In this document: positions 1-12,500 of the stretch, one piece after another
Layout of the letters: each line of letters opens with the position of its first letter
Position numbering within the stretch: position 1 is the stretch's first letter
Assembly: GCA_051294905.1 (NCBI GenBank)
Contig: CM119372.1
Location: 39,372,001 to 39,436,000, forward strand
Length of the DNA: 64,000 bases
Source: Botryllus schlosseri
Lineage: Eukaryota
Reading direction: 5' to 3'
Translations under genes and position numbers: made by a program
Notes under the pieces: model-generated
The model's database searches: none
What the model was told of the DNA's origin: nothing
The model's input: only the letters and a program-made list of their open reading frames with translations

Positions 1-314
1 TGGGTCGAACACTATTTCACTGAAATATAGTTTTGGTGAACATGCGTATCTTTTTCTAGAAATTTTAGATGTTGCGGTATCACCGGTTGAGGATTCAGGG
101 TGGATTGTACAGTTGTCGAATAATCCGCAATCGCAGATTAAACGTCAGTAATCGGCTGGCTTCGGTTGAACAGATGTCAATTGACCACTAATCGGATAAT
201 TTTAATCGGCCAAATTTGAACCGCCGAGCGAGGTGCCTAAAAAAGTTAATCGGCCCTCCGATGCCCGACAAGTCTCGCAGATCAGTCCGAACATATCAAA
301 AACATGGTATGGTG

Positions 315-2571
315 CAGAGTTGGATCAATTACAATAATTCATTTCAATTACAATTACAATTACTTCCTTGCATGTTTCAGTTGCATTACAATTACAATTA
401 CAATTACTGTTAAACATGTTATAATTACAATTACAATTACAATTACAAATTTTGTTAATCATGTAATGGATTCGGTAGAGAGGTGTTCTTCGACAACCGT
501 AGCGACGTAATTAGCAAAAATCTCAAGCTATTCATGTTTCATTCATGATACGTAGAATACCTTTTAATTAAAAAAAAACTCGATCGTATTCGAACTATTC
601 ATAATCATGAGTACTAAACACTACAAACACACAAAAATGTTTCAAGCGACTGTTAACAACCAAAAGTTTGAGCGACTAACAGCGAATAGGCTACAGGATA
701 GTCAATGAAATGTAATCAAATTAGGCTACTCAGAGCTGAGTGAGGATAATGAAATGTAATTGGTAAGGCATCAACGATAAGGATGATACCGATAAGATGT
801 GTAAAATTAAAATAAATGCAAAAGGAAAAAAACTCCTGATAACTACGAATTACAACATTTTAGTTCGCATTTACATTTTCAGTTGCTCGGGAACTGTTAG
901 ATTGCATTTGATGAACATTTAGGGTGCGAAAATTTCTGGCCCCAGTAAATTTGGCCAAGATTGCAGGTAAGATGGGGATAACATATCATTAAATGCGTGA
1001 TCAAGTTTGATGAAGCCTTGGTTGGAAACTTGATTTTCTTTTTGCAATTGTTGCAGCAAGCCTCGGTACTGGTTTAAAAGATTTAAAAATAAAACCCTGA
1101 CCGTGGTGTAGGAAATGGTTCCACACAGGTTTCAGAAGAGTTTATTTGTTGTTCATTCATTTTTGAAATATTAAGAGTTAGCTTAGCCCACTGATTCTCT
1201 AACTTTTCTAGACACGCCCCCTTTATGACGGTGCAATATATCGTGTCCCACTTATCGTTATATCACACCATAGTGTCCTATATGGTGTCGACACAGGCAA
1301 ATCTCACGCCTCAGTGAAATTGTATCACGTCACAATTTCCATTTGGCTACAGGCAATTTGACGGTCATTTTTGACCGGCTTGGCGAGCATTTAATTTGGT
1401 AAAACAGGTATCAATCGAAAGCTGACTCTGCACTGATTACGAAAATACAAATTTTATTATTATATTATTATTTTATTATGTTATTTTATTGTGGAACTCC
1501 CACAATCAGCCTCGATTTTTTAATTGTTATGAAGATTGGCATCGGGACGCAACAATGCTGTCTGGCGAAACGAGAAAGTAGCTCAAGAGAAAAAGAGCCA
1601 GACAGCATTGTTCACCATTGTTGCGTCCCAATGCCAATCACCATAACAATGAAAAATTCAAGGCTGATTGTGGGAGTTCCAGGGCCACCAGTGGAATAAA
1701 ATTTATATTCTCGTAATCAGTGCAGAGTCAGGTTTCGATTGATACCCGTTTTACCAAATTTAATGCTCGGCAAGCTGGTCAAAAATTACCGTCAAATTGC
1801 CTGTAGCCAAATACAAATTTTGACGTGATACAATTTCACTGAGGCGTGAGATTTGCCTGTGTCGACACCATATAGGGCACTATGATCACACAATGAATCC
1901 AGAATGTTAGCAATCCTTACGGATAGTTTGATGGTATGGAAGGTTATGACTGTTGATGAGAGAATTCTCCAATATGAAATTCGAACTATACACATAGCAT
2001 AAGCTATAAAATGGAGGTGAATCGCGCCAAGCGCGGGAAAAAAAATTCAGTTTACCGGAGCTTCGCGCCCCTTTCAGATGCTTTCACGCCGCCACAGGAG
2101 GGGGGCGCCCCCCCCCCCCACCGTTTGAGAACCACTGGATTGGCCTATAATGTAATTCACAAGGTTTTCTGTTGCTACTGAAGTATGGGAAACAGTTTAG
2201 CATGGCTGAGTTATCTACTTATAACGCGGCACGCATAGAATACCGATGTAAATAGGCTTAATATTACAGGTGGCGACTGTGTACCAAGGCTTTAAGGCCT
2301 TGCGGCCTCTCGACGTCATCCTGGTACGTGCCGGATTTTCACTGGTGTGACGTATAAATGATTGATTGATTGATTATTTTATGTTGTGATGATCAGGTTT
2401 CCATAACAATGTAATTAATATTGTAATTGAGCAAAATTTTCATCAAATTACCTTTACAATTACAATCACACAAAATAGAAATGCTTCAATTACAATTACA
2501 ATTACAATTACATGAAAAAATGTAATTAATTACATTCAACTAAATTACAAATTACAATTGATCCAACTCTG
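315..2571. mobile_element. Non-autonomous hAT element with (AATTAC)n subterminal repeats
   Basis: TIR cagagttggatcaatt / aattgatccaactctg; perfect 8-bp TSD gtatggtg (307-314, 2572-2579). Confidence 0.9.
1269..1884. mobile_element. Fold-back MITE (near-perfect palindrome), P-element-like
   Basis: CATAG...CTATG termini, arms of roughly 290 bp, 7-bp TSD atcacac (1262-1268, 1885-1891). Confidence 0.85.
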
Positions 2572-2900
2572 GTATGGTGTCCAAGTGGCGAGACAGTCCG
2601 AATATACTCCCGACATGATATCCGAGTGGCAACGTAGTCCGACCACACTTCTCACATGATGTCCGAGTGGTCATTATATGCCTACTCACCCCAGACATAA
2701 TGTCCGACTGATAACGCAGCCCGAAAATACCCCAGACACGATGTCTGAGTGGCAACACAATCCGAACATAAGCTAGACATGATGTCCGAATGGTAACACA
2801 CTCCGAGCATACCCCAGACACCATGTCCCAGTGGTAACACAGTCCGTACGTACCCCAAACCCGATGTTCTAGTGGCGTCACGTGTTCTAGTGCGAAGTAC
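2572..2900 (+). repeat. Degenerate 41-bp tandem repeat
   Basis: Units like acatgatgtccgagtggcaac...tccga...ccccag; the array also begins at about 256-314, before the hAT insertion. Confidence 0.75.
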
Positions 2901-3400
2901 CCCGAGCGTGATGCCAACGGAATCCTGTGCGTCATTTTGCGTCAGTAATGCGCGATAAGATAACTCAGTGAGGAATCAGCATCTGTGCAACACACCGACC
3001 AGGTGACCACGCTCGATGATTAAATTATCGCCGATTAGGACAATCGGCGATTACTTTTAAATCGTCATCCGTGCAATCCACCCTTAAGCATTAAATGATG
3101 ATTACTGATAAAAGTAACATTCAGGGTCAAGGATCGTGAAACTTTGGTGTTATAAAACTTCGTCTGCCACTGTATGCACGACTCGAATCATTGCAATTGA
3201 TACTCGATTCGGATTCGCGTACTCGAACCGCTGTGCTCTGCCCTGCTCCTCAGCATTCAAAAGTTCTCACGAAGTAGATGAAAATCATGTACTAATACGC
3301 AGGCCTATAATCTCCCGGCAAATATAAATGTTGTTCTGTTCTTTAATTCTTATTCGGGCGCAAGCAGCTATTTGTCTGATAGCTGCGTAGCAAATAATAC

Positions 3401-3545
3401 CTGAAACTGAGTTAATTTCAGTTCGCAACTCCTCCTGAGTGTCAATGTTTTTCGCAAGATAAAGAAGGCACCATCTTAAAGTCGTGGTGGTTGTCTCTGT
3501 TCCGGCGTTGAAAAGATCCCGCAAGAGGACGAGGAGGAATGATTT
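3401..3545 (-). CDS. CYP exon 7 (I helix, DLFNAGTETTTTTLRW...QEELRTEI)
   Basis: AGxETT oxygen-binding motif; ttacag acceptor, gtatt donor. Confidence 0.93.
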
Positions 3546-6500
3546 CTGTAAACATCACGACATAAAGCCAATGCAGGGAATATAAATAAGAAAACTCTTC
3601 ATTGAATGCACTAGTGTAAATATTCTATCATTCATTGTCTGCTCGGAGATTTAATTAAGATGTTGGCGGGGTTTTCGGTAAGTTTGGAGTGCATAAATGA
3701 ATTTCACCAAAATGAAACCAATGCATATTGTGAGATAGAACGATCGTAGAACAACGGTCCAGTACAAATCAAAAAAGCATTTAACACACTGAATGACAGT
3801 TGATTTTATTTCACATTAAAACTGCTTCACCCACTGACTTTGAGCTGCAACTATGAAAAAGGCTCAGATGCGTGGTAATAAGCCATTCCACCAACTCCTG
3901 ACCCGACATTTTCTGGCATAAATGTTACACCGGACGAAAACATTCTATTTTCAGGGGCTTCAGGGTTCCTGTCAGACCAATCCAGTAGTCGAATGTTAAA
4001 TATTTACATACGCCTCCGTGATAAGGGCATGCGTATACCACAGGTACCAGGTAATCTATATGTATTGGCCTGGTACTACATATGACATTGAACGCATTAC
4101 CAACTGTGAAAGTAATAACTTGGATGTCATTGGAATCGCCTATTCCCAAACTCCATGTCAATTTTTTCATTGTATTCTATGATATCGGCGCACCATTTCT
4201 TCTTCTTCTTATTATTATTATTATCATCAATGACAAGTTTTAAGTGGACCGTGTCGCCGTTTCCGCCCTTGTGCGCCACATACAAAACATGTTATCAAGG
4301 ATCGAATTTTCGTCCTATGGGACATAGGTTTATAATAACTTTCAAACTATATATACAAGTTACATGAAATAATAAACTCGGCGACTCGGCGACCGGGGTA
4401 AGTAATTGCAACAGAGTAAGTAAGTTGGATAGTAAGCGGTATATTGAGCGTGGTGCTGGCGTCAGTAAGAAATGTTCGGTATAAATCATATTTTTCGCAA
4501 TGCAACAGTATGTGGCCATCCATGTCGGGGCCGTAACAGACATTACAAAGTGGGGAGTCAGCACAACCGATTTTGAGCAGGTGTGCCGCCAGGCGACAGT
4601 GACCGGTTTGGAGGCGAAACAGGATTCTATCAAACAGGCGATTTAAGCAGGAGTCTGACGCCGCTGTTGATATAGACCAGGGGTGTCAAACTCAAATTGC
4701 GCCGCGGGCCGGATTCAAACCTTCAAATCGCTTGCGGGCCGGACCAGCTGCAATATGTTACCTCATGCCCTCGTTTGACACTCGCATACTTTGTTATCAA
4801 GTATATATACACAACATATATATTATTTTGTATCATGGATCATAGGGGTTTCATTTTAAGTAGCATCACCTTTATTCGCGAACAATGGAATTGGTCGGTT
4901 GACTACAGTTATCAATCGCTAAAACAGTGGCGCTAACGACGATACCAGTTGACATATTTCTCTGCTCCCTATGCTTTCATCGTAATATGTGGTGAATAGG
5001 CTTAAAGAGATCTAACTTTAAACGCGGACGTTGGAATTCGGTATATTATTATGAAATCGTTATTCGGGTTTCTCTGGAGTCCGGGGACCTTCAGAGTAGG
5101 AAGTGCGACCACGGATATTTGAATCATATTTTTGTAACTAATATATTCTCCATGTACATACTGCATATGGCGGTTCCGCATTGGCGCTTTCGCTTTCGTG
5201 AATAACTAACTATCTTTAAGTCCATTTCCCATAAACCTCTGAACTCGGTGTGCCTTCTCGAAATTGGGTGTCAGTCAATGTCACCGACTTGTTCCTAATG
5301 GCGACTAGAGTGAAACTAGAACACCACAGCCGAGTGGTTATAATGTGGCCTGTGAACATTTTCTCTGTAGATGGGTTATTTCATGGTCAAGTGTTTCCTA
5401 CAAACTATATCGACGTTTGTTACAAATGTGCTCGATATATAGGCGTTTTTTTTCAATCTACTCAAAATTGCTTCGCGGGCCGGATGCGGCCCGCGGGCCG
5501 TATGTTTGACACCCCTGATATAGACTGTCGATACATCTGGTAGTGGTGCCCTCCCAGGCGCACCATTTCCACCAACCTCCAAGTGGTCCTTGTGTTTTCC
5601 AAATTGTGATTCGTACAAGTACGCATCGAGGACATCTCGCAAATCGCTTTTGTCGAAGGTCATTTCGTGATGACGTATCGAGGTCAGGAACATTTCTGAA
5701 AACACAAATAATGCGTGTGGACTGCTCCGTCGTATATCACGGCTTTGGTCTTACGTGAGCAAGCGTCCGTTTGCTTCACCAGGTCGCTATGGCTCGCTTT
5801 AAAATACGGCAGATGCTTCAGTACCGGGAACATGTCTATTAAAAACAGCCTCTTCGCCGTTGACTGGCCGTTGAACCTTAATAGAGGGGTGGGCCATTAT
5901 TTTACTCCACGGGCCAACTGATAACAGAAACACATGGGCGGCCCGAGTCAAAAATCAGCGTTTAATTTTAATTTTAAATTGAAAGCTGTCCATTACAGTG
6001 TTAATGAATGCTGCTCAGCGGATGTGTTGATTATAAGGAACGGAAAAGTGACGGTAAATTACCAAAAATTAATATATATTTGCCGTCACATTTCGAAACA
6101 ATCCGCGTTTTTCTGTCAGCCGTGTGTAACTTGACGACACAACGTTGTTGTTGAGCGAGGCTTGCAGTTCTCCTGGAGTTCCTCCTCCCTTGACCGAGTG
6201 TATGTATGTCTTATTGTTTTTGACGATACTGGCTTAAATTATACTCCTTATACACGGCAAACCTACCAATAATACTGGTTTAACCCTGACTCTAGTAAAC
6301 AAATATTTAGCGCTCCAAACCGTCTTTGAACTTCAACTTTCGACTTATTTTGACATGCCCGTTCATCCTTTATGGGTGATGATAGTAATCGCGGGCACTG
6401 ATTGACTTGTTTTACGAATTAGGGATTCTGAAACGTATCACGTAACAATTTGAAGCACAGACCGTGTTAGGTGACTTCGTGTGACTTTAATTGTTACGAC

Positions 6501-9500
6501 TAGGGATGGTGTGAACGTGGCGTACACGTTCGCGTTCTGTGTGTGAACCTCGGAAATTTAGAGGTTCACGTTCACAAACGAACCTTGGCCGGTTCTGCAC
6601 TTTGAACCTTTTCATATATTACAATTTTCACTTCAATATAACATCTTTGTTTGAAATTTATCGCATTGAAACTGCGGGCCACTCTATGCATGGTGCTGGC
6701 TGCACCTTGGCAATTTCAAAATTTTGATTGCTTTGTTACAAAAGTATGCTAGAAATATCCAGCTTTCCGTTTGTGAATATTTAGTGACTCTTTGCTGTGA
6801 GCTTGTCCCGCAATCACGCAACATCAAGAGAGAAATACACAGAGGTGGTCAGTAACGAAGTATTCTACTTTTTTAAAGTACTTGAGTAGTTTTCCTCTAC
6901 TTCTGGTACTTACTCAAGTAGATCTTTTTTCCGCTACTTTTACTCCTACATCGTAATATTTTGTGAACTACTTACTTTCCGCTATCTTCAGTGTGTCAAG
7001 TAGAAGTAGTTTAATCCACCTAGCAGGAAGATAGCCTGAGGAATTTCGTTGCTGTTTTGACGGAGTATCAGCATTTATCTTTCATAAAAGTTGAGAGTAA
7101 AACCCAAAATTTTCGTCGCGCTTCGCGCTCAGTGGATATGAAGTGACCAGTATGATTTCACTAAAGTATCGATGAATACAATTTCGGTGAGGGGTTGCGT
7201 GGTTCTGTTCACACCGCATTGTCGCCCATATGAAATATTTCATCACGGTATATATGGCCCATCATAACGTTTCAAACTGATGTTTCGCATTCTAGCATTT
7301 ACTTATTATATCGTAATCTAGCAGTCCATGGCGTGTTCTAATCTGGAAAAGTGGACTCTGACTTTGTTTTAGCTTCAGACCTGTTTTAGCATACCACCTT
7401 TGAAACTACTTGACTAAACTTGACTAAAGTCATGAAATGCATTTTTCGCTTTTAAAAGTAGTATTTATATTTCTCTTTCAATTCCCAGTATCATACTTTG
7501 AGTTCTAATTAGTTGCAGTTCTTTTGTCTGGAGAACATACATGTTGAAGTATAGAAGCAAGTGTGGTAATGCCTATAATTTCCGAAAATAAAGCTACACA
7601 ATAGGACATTTTTGCGAACCACCATATTTTGTATCAACGTTGACTGATCGCGCAAAGTGCTTACACCGTATCCGATACAACCTCTCCGTTTTGCTCTTCG
7701 ACTACACTATACGGACCTTATAATATGGGGAGGGCGCCATACCATGATATTTTCTAAAACGGACTGTTCGAGTGAACAGAGGATTAGTATCGCATTACCA
7801 TATCAATAATAGCATTTTCATACCATGATGTTGACGAATGCTCCTGCTATCGAAAATTGGATACCTGCTGGTATGCATCAATATGAATCAAGCTCTGCAT
7901 CTTTCGCATACCGGTAGCTCAATTTGCAGCTTTTGACAATCCACGCGAACGAATTACGATCGTTTTCACAACTACTTACTTACTTGAATAGATTTAAAGT
8001 CAGTTCATTCTACTTCTACTTCAAGTAGTTTTTGGTTGCTTATGGAAGAGGTACTTCTACTCGTACTTGAGTAGATTTTTATTCGCTACTTCTACTTCTA
8101 CTTGAGTAGCCTTCTTGACTACTTTGACCACCTCTGGAAATACACTACATGTAGGTAGTCCGCGAATGATTGAAATTAATATCGTTGCTGTTATTTGTGG
8201 TATTCATGGTGTTTATCGTCGACCATGGTCATTTACACCAGGCCAGTTTTCTTTAATTTTATTCCGTACCTGCCGACTTATAGCACGTCTCACATCTAGG
8301 CTTTTATAAGATATCTTTGTCTCATGTAAAAGATCTAGCAGGCGCACGGGGTCAATCTTGATTTCAAATATTTATTGTATCATAAAAACCATATCCGTGC
8401 GGTTGGGGTGTTGGCTACTGTTGTATAACTTGTTAATGGGGTAATATCGGTAGCAAGTTTAGAAACCCGTGTTACACTCTGCTTAATATCAACGTGAAAG
8501 TAAGTGACCCGACTCGTCTCCAAGTATCGTGTACAGTACATTTATATAGGCTATCACTTCACTGAAATGTACGGTGAGAATTGGCAATATGAGGTTCACG
8601 TTCGTGTTCACGCAGAACCTTACAAAAAGGTTCGCGTTCACACGAGCCTCAACCTTTCAGAGGTTCACTTCATCCCTAGTTACGACATAATTTGCTACAT
8701 TGCCTTTATTTTGAATTTGGATTACGCATGCGAGGTACGTAGTCTGTGTAATCGCGGCATATGAATGAACAGGCTTGAAAGTAAACGAGTTTCCGGTTCA
8801 GTTTATACAGTCTATGGCAGGTGTGTCAAACATACGGACTTTATCCAGATATGCACTAATATATTGGTATAATTTGTAACCATTGACACTACGAATAGAA
8901 ATGCTCAATAATAACGCAAAGCAGTATCGAAACCATACCACGATGACTCAAGATAATTTCGCTTTACCTTTCGGAGAGCAATTCCAGGATATTTTTAAAA
9001 TGTTTATCTTCCAAATCACAGCGCTTTCCACAAACGACCGACATGATGACATTCGCAACCGAGTTGTTGAGATGCTCCTACAAGATTCGTAAATTTACAT
9101 TGTCATGAGTAGGCTGTAGCTTTACTATTGTACCAGTTGATAGAGGGTAATCTCCCTTAAATAGACATCAGACCAAATTAATACACATGTCGGCAAATAA
9201 AAGGCAATATTGTGCTGCATTATTATGATGATATCTTCCAGTAAACCGGGAAACTGTCGCGTTGACGAGGTACTCATATATGACTAGTTCACAAATGGCC
9301 TGATCAATATTAGTGACACGTGCTCATGTTCAATTCTATCAATTCAATCTGACAATATGATTTTGTATCACAGATATTATATATAGGCCTATCTTTACTA
9401 CAGAGGTGATCAGTAAAGAAGTAGTTCTACTTATCCGGAGTAGTCAAGGAGATTTTGCCTACTTGCGCTGCTGACGAAAGTGGTTATGTTTTAAAATAAC

Positions 9501-12500
9501 TTCTAATTCTACTCGAACAATTTTTCGTGAAGACTAATTATTTTTTGCAATATGAATTCAGAAAAGTAGGAAGTTTTTTAGGATAAGTTTGCAACGTTTT
9601 TACAAGTGAGAACCACAAAAATGTACCCGGTATCATGGTAAACGAATTTATTTTCGAAGGTTCCTATTATTTGCAGTATTATTTGTCATTTTGCGTTAGT
9701 TGGGTTGATGCATGCTGTGATATCCAAAGTAGCCACCTCTTAGTACCTTTTAAAAGTATGCCGCGCAAAATCTGACAACCCCTTAAAGGGAGTGGGGGTA
9801 AAGTACTACTTGAAATAAATCAACTTACTTGGCAATACTTATTTGTGTTGCAACGGCGTGGTCGTCACCGGTCAATCACAGTATTAAATACAGTAAATAT
9901 TTGAAGTTTGACCAATTACATCCGGCATGCGAGCCTTCATAACTCGCAGTTAATCAATTACCACACGGATTTACATTGTCGTGACAGCTACAGGCCAAAC
10001 ATAGTCCTACAACATTTCTGTCCATTTCTATGGTCGTTTTCTATGAGGAATTATAGCACCATTATATTAATGTGGATATTTCGCTGGAGTTGACTAATTT
10101 CCTGCTAATTAGTGTGATATTTATTTTTCGTTGAATAGCAATGTCGTTATCAAAACTCTACCACAGACCCTTGTCAAGAAAGTAACACATGATAAAAGCA
10201 TCACTCTGCAATAGGCATACATGGAACACGATTTTTTTGACATGTCGTAGTGAGGAAATCTGCCACAGTAAAGGCTTTTAATAGTTGGAATTGTGCCAAA
10301 TTTGTCGTGCAACGATTTTTTAGGTAACCTGACGATTTAACAAGTGAATGGCTAAAATTTGAAAAAATTGGACATCCCTACTGGACAGTCGCGATTCCGA
10401 CGAAGAAAATGCGGCGCCAATATAGGTAAAATATATTACGAGAGCATGCAGTCCGCGTCGCTTTTGTATGAGATGAATCTCAAATTAAGAGCCATATTAG
10501 CGGATGAGCGTACGCCGTACGTCATGACTCTCACGCCTATACCGAATTCATTTTGATATAGATATGACGTATTAGACATAAAGCTAAGTTTTACGTGAAT
10601 ATCGAAGGGTCGTCCATCCTTAGTTCGGACCGCTTCAACAAGCCATCTTAATTCTTCATTTACTTTGTCTTCCATGCTACGTTTTCCAACTCCAAACCTA
10701 GACAGAATGTTCGTTTCATTAGGTTCCAAGTTTGTATTCACAGGTTAGGATTCACTTCGATGGGTGACTTTCGCGAAAGCTCCGTAATTAGTGCGGCAAA
10801 ACGCGTATGTGTAGAAAGATAACGCTCTGTTTGTTGGAGTTACCACCGAACAAACATGGCCCCATATGAATGGAAGACCACGACGTAATAGGGGAAATCA
10901 CGGCAGACACTTGAGGATAAAAAAAGCCTCATTTATTTATAGAGATTAAGATTGATCAATTTGACATATCTGGTCCAGCACTTATCGGAAAATTCAGATT
11001 GTGTTCTTTAGAGTTTCGGCCCGATAGCGAAGTGCTCCTGCCCTTCTTTCAGTGCTTATGTTGGTATAAGATATTGCTGAAGTAGCAGTAAATAACTAGA
11101 TTACGTACTTAGCAGTAGTAACTGGTGATTAATACAGATATGACGTTAGCGAAATATCTCATGTCTGTCTGTACTTATATGTAATTGGCAGAATTCTAGT
11201 AGATTTGATTCTGATAGATGGTCACTTTGCACGCGTAAGTGCATGGTGCTATAAGGATGCTCAGAGAGCCTTTGGAACTATTTTGCATCACAGAACCATC
11301 CCTATATCATGAAACACAGATTAATTTACGATCGCGCGGGAAAATAGGCTTGTGGGTCAAGCAAGTAGAAGTTACGAAAGATAGTCTTTCTGTATAATTA
11401 ACATCTTCAATATCGTGATATGTAGCGTTATCATACGTCCTCAATTAGGAAGATTTGTCCTCCTTTATCAGAAAATTGTAAATGTCCACCGAGAACGCCT
11501 ATTAAATGTCATCCTTTTCTGCAATTCGTCATCCTTCGCAGCTTTCACAATTAGGATTATGGACAGGTTCAACTGAAAATCTGCTTAAAAGACTTGAAAT
11601 TACGTAATATGGATGTTCGAACGGGTCATTCGGAAGTAGAATTGAAGTGATGACCTTATTTTTATCAACACCACAAAATTAAATTAAAAAGGGGTGAATC
11701 GGGATTCGATTAAGAGTGATAACCTTTTTTGTAGTCAACTCAACTATATTTTCCTGTAAATATCGCAAAATTGGCTGTTTTCAGGTGCGATCAAATAATT
11801 TTTATGATTTGGTAGAAGTGTTCTCCTTTCCCGATTCCAAATTATGGTAACATTAGATATGTTCAGCACAATTCTCAAAACCAGCACTGTTTCTGACGTC
11901 TCAAGCTTTCTCGGAGTGTAGTGCTAAATTTCCTTTCTTGATTTGACCGATTTGATTTGACCGATTTCTCCATGTTAACACGCCTCAGACATCGGGGTTA
12001 CGTTTTTTGAAAAGCTGAGACTGTTCCGATGCACCTTGCTCAAAAATTCTGGTTTGCGAAAATAAAAAATAAATAAAAAAAAATGAAAAAATGGTTATCA
12101 CTATAAATTTCCAGATATTTCCGGGTGGGAAATATTGTCGGAAAATCTGCCAGAACATCAGAAATCGACATGTACGGTATTCACCGTTTGAAACATCAAA
12201 ACGTGTTCTGGAGAGTTTTCTGAGATGGATTTGTTAATTTTGTCCACGCTTCAGTGATTTTCAAGATATAGGTCAAATTCAAGAGCAAATTTAGACGGCA
12301 TATGAGTCATAAACTGGTTTACTATGCCTGCAAATGCTTGGATATGACAAAAGAAAGCATATTGCGTTGCTTTATGCCATAAACCGGACGGTAGGGGTCG
12401 ATTGAGTCTTGATCATGAACTTGACTTTGATGACCACTCACTGACCACGCCCATTTGTAAATTTTATATGTATTTTTCATTTTTCGATATCTGACGAAAT

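Larger units (their letters stand above)
98..3083. mobile_element. Non-autonomous DNA transposon, PIF/Harbinger-like, hosting a 41-bp array and nested insertions
   Basis: TIR gggtggattgtac / gtgcaatccaccc; flanks tca / tta (imperfect 3-bp TSD). Confidence 0.5.
5884..8810. mobile_element. Degenerate hAT MITE of the same family as 42711-43837, split by 6501-8678
   Basis: gaggggtgggccattatttt left end; 6325-6500 plus 8687-8800 resemble about 43440-43720; right end not resolved. Confidence 0.55.

Noticed and set aside
2572..2900. Regularly spaced repeats resembling a CRISPR array (also 36500-36745, 48380-48900)
   Set aside because: Whole units are degenerate tandem copies without unique spacers; eukaryotic context, no cas genes.
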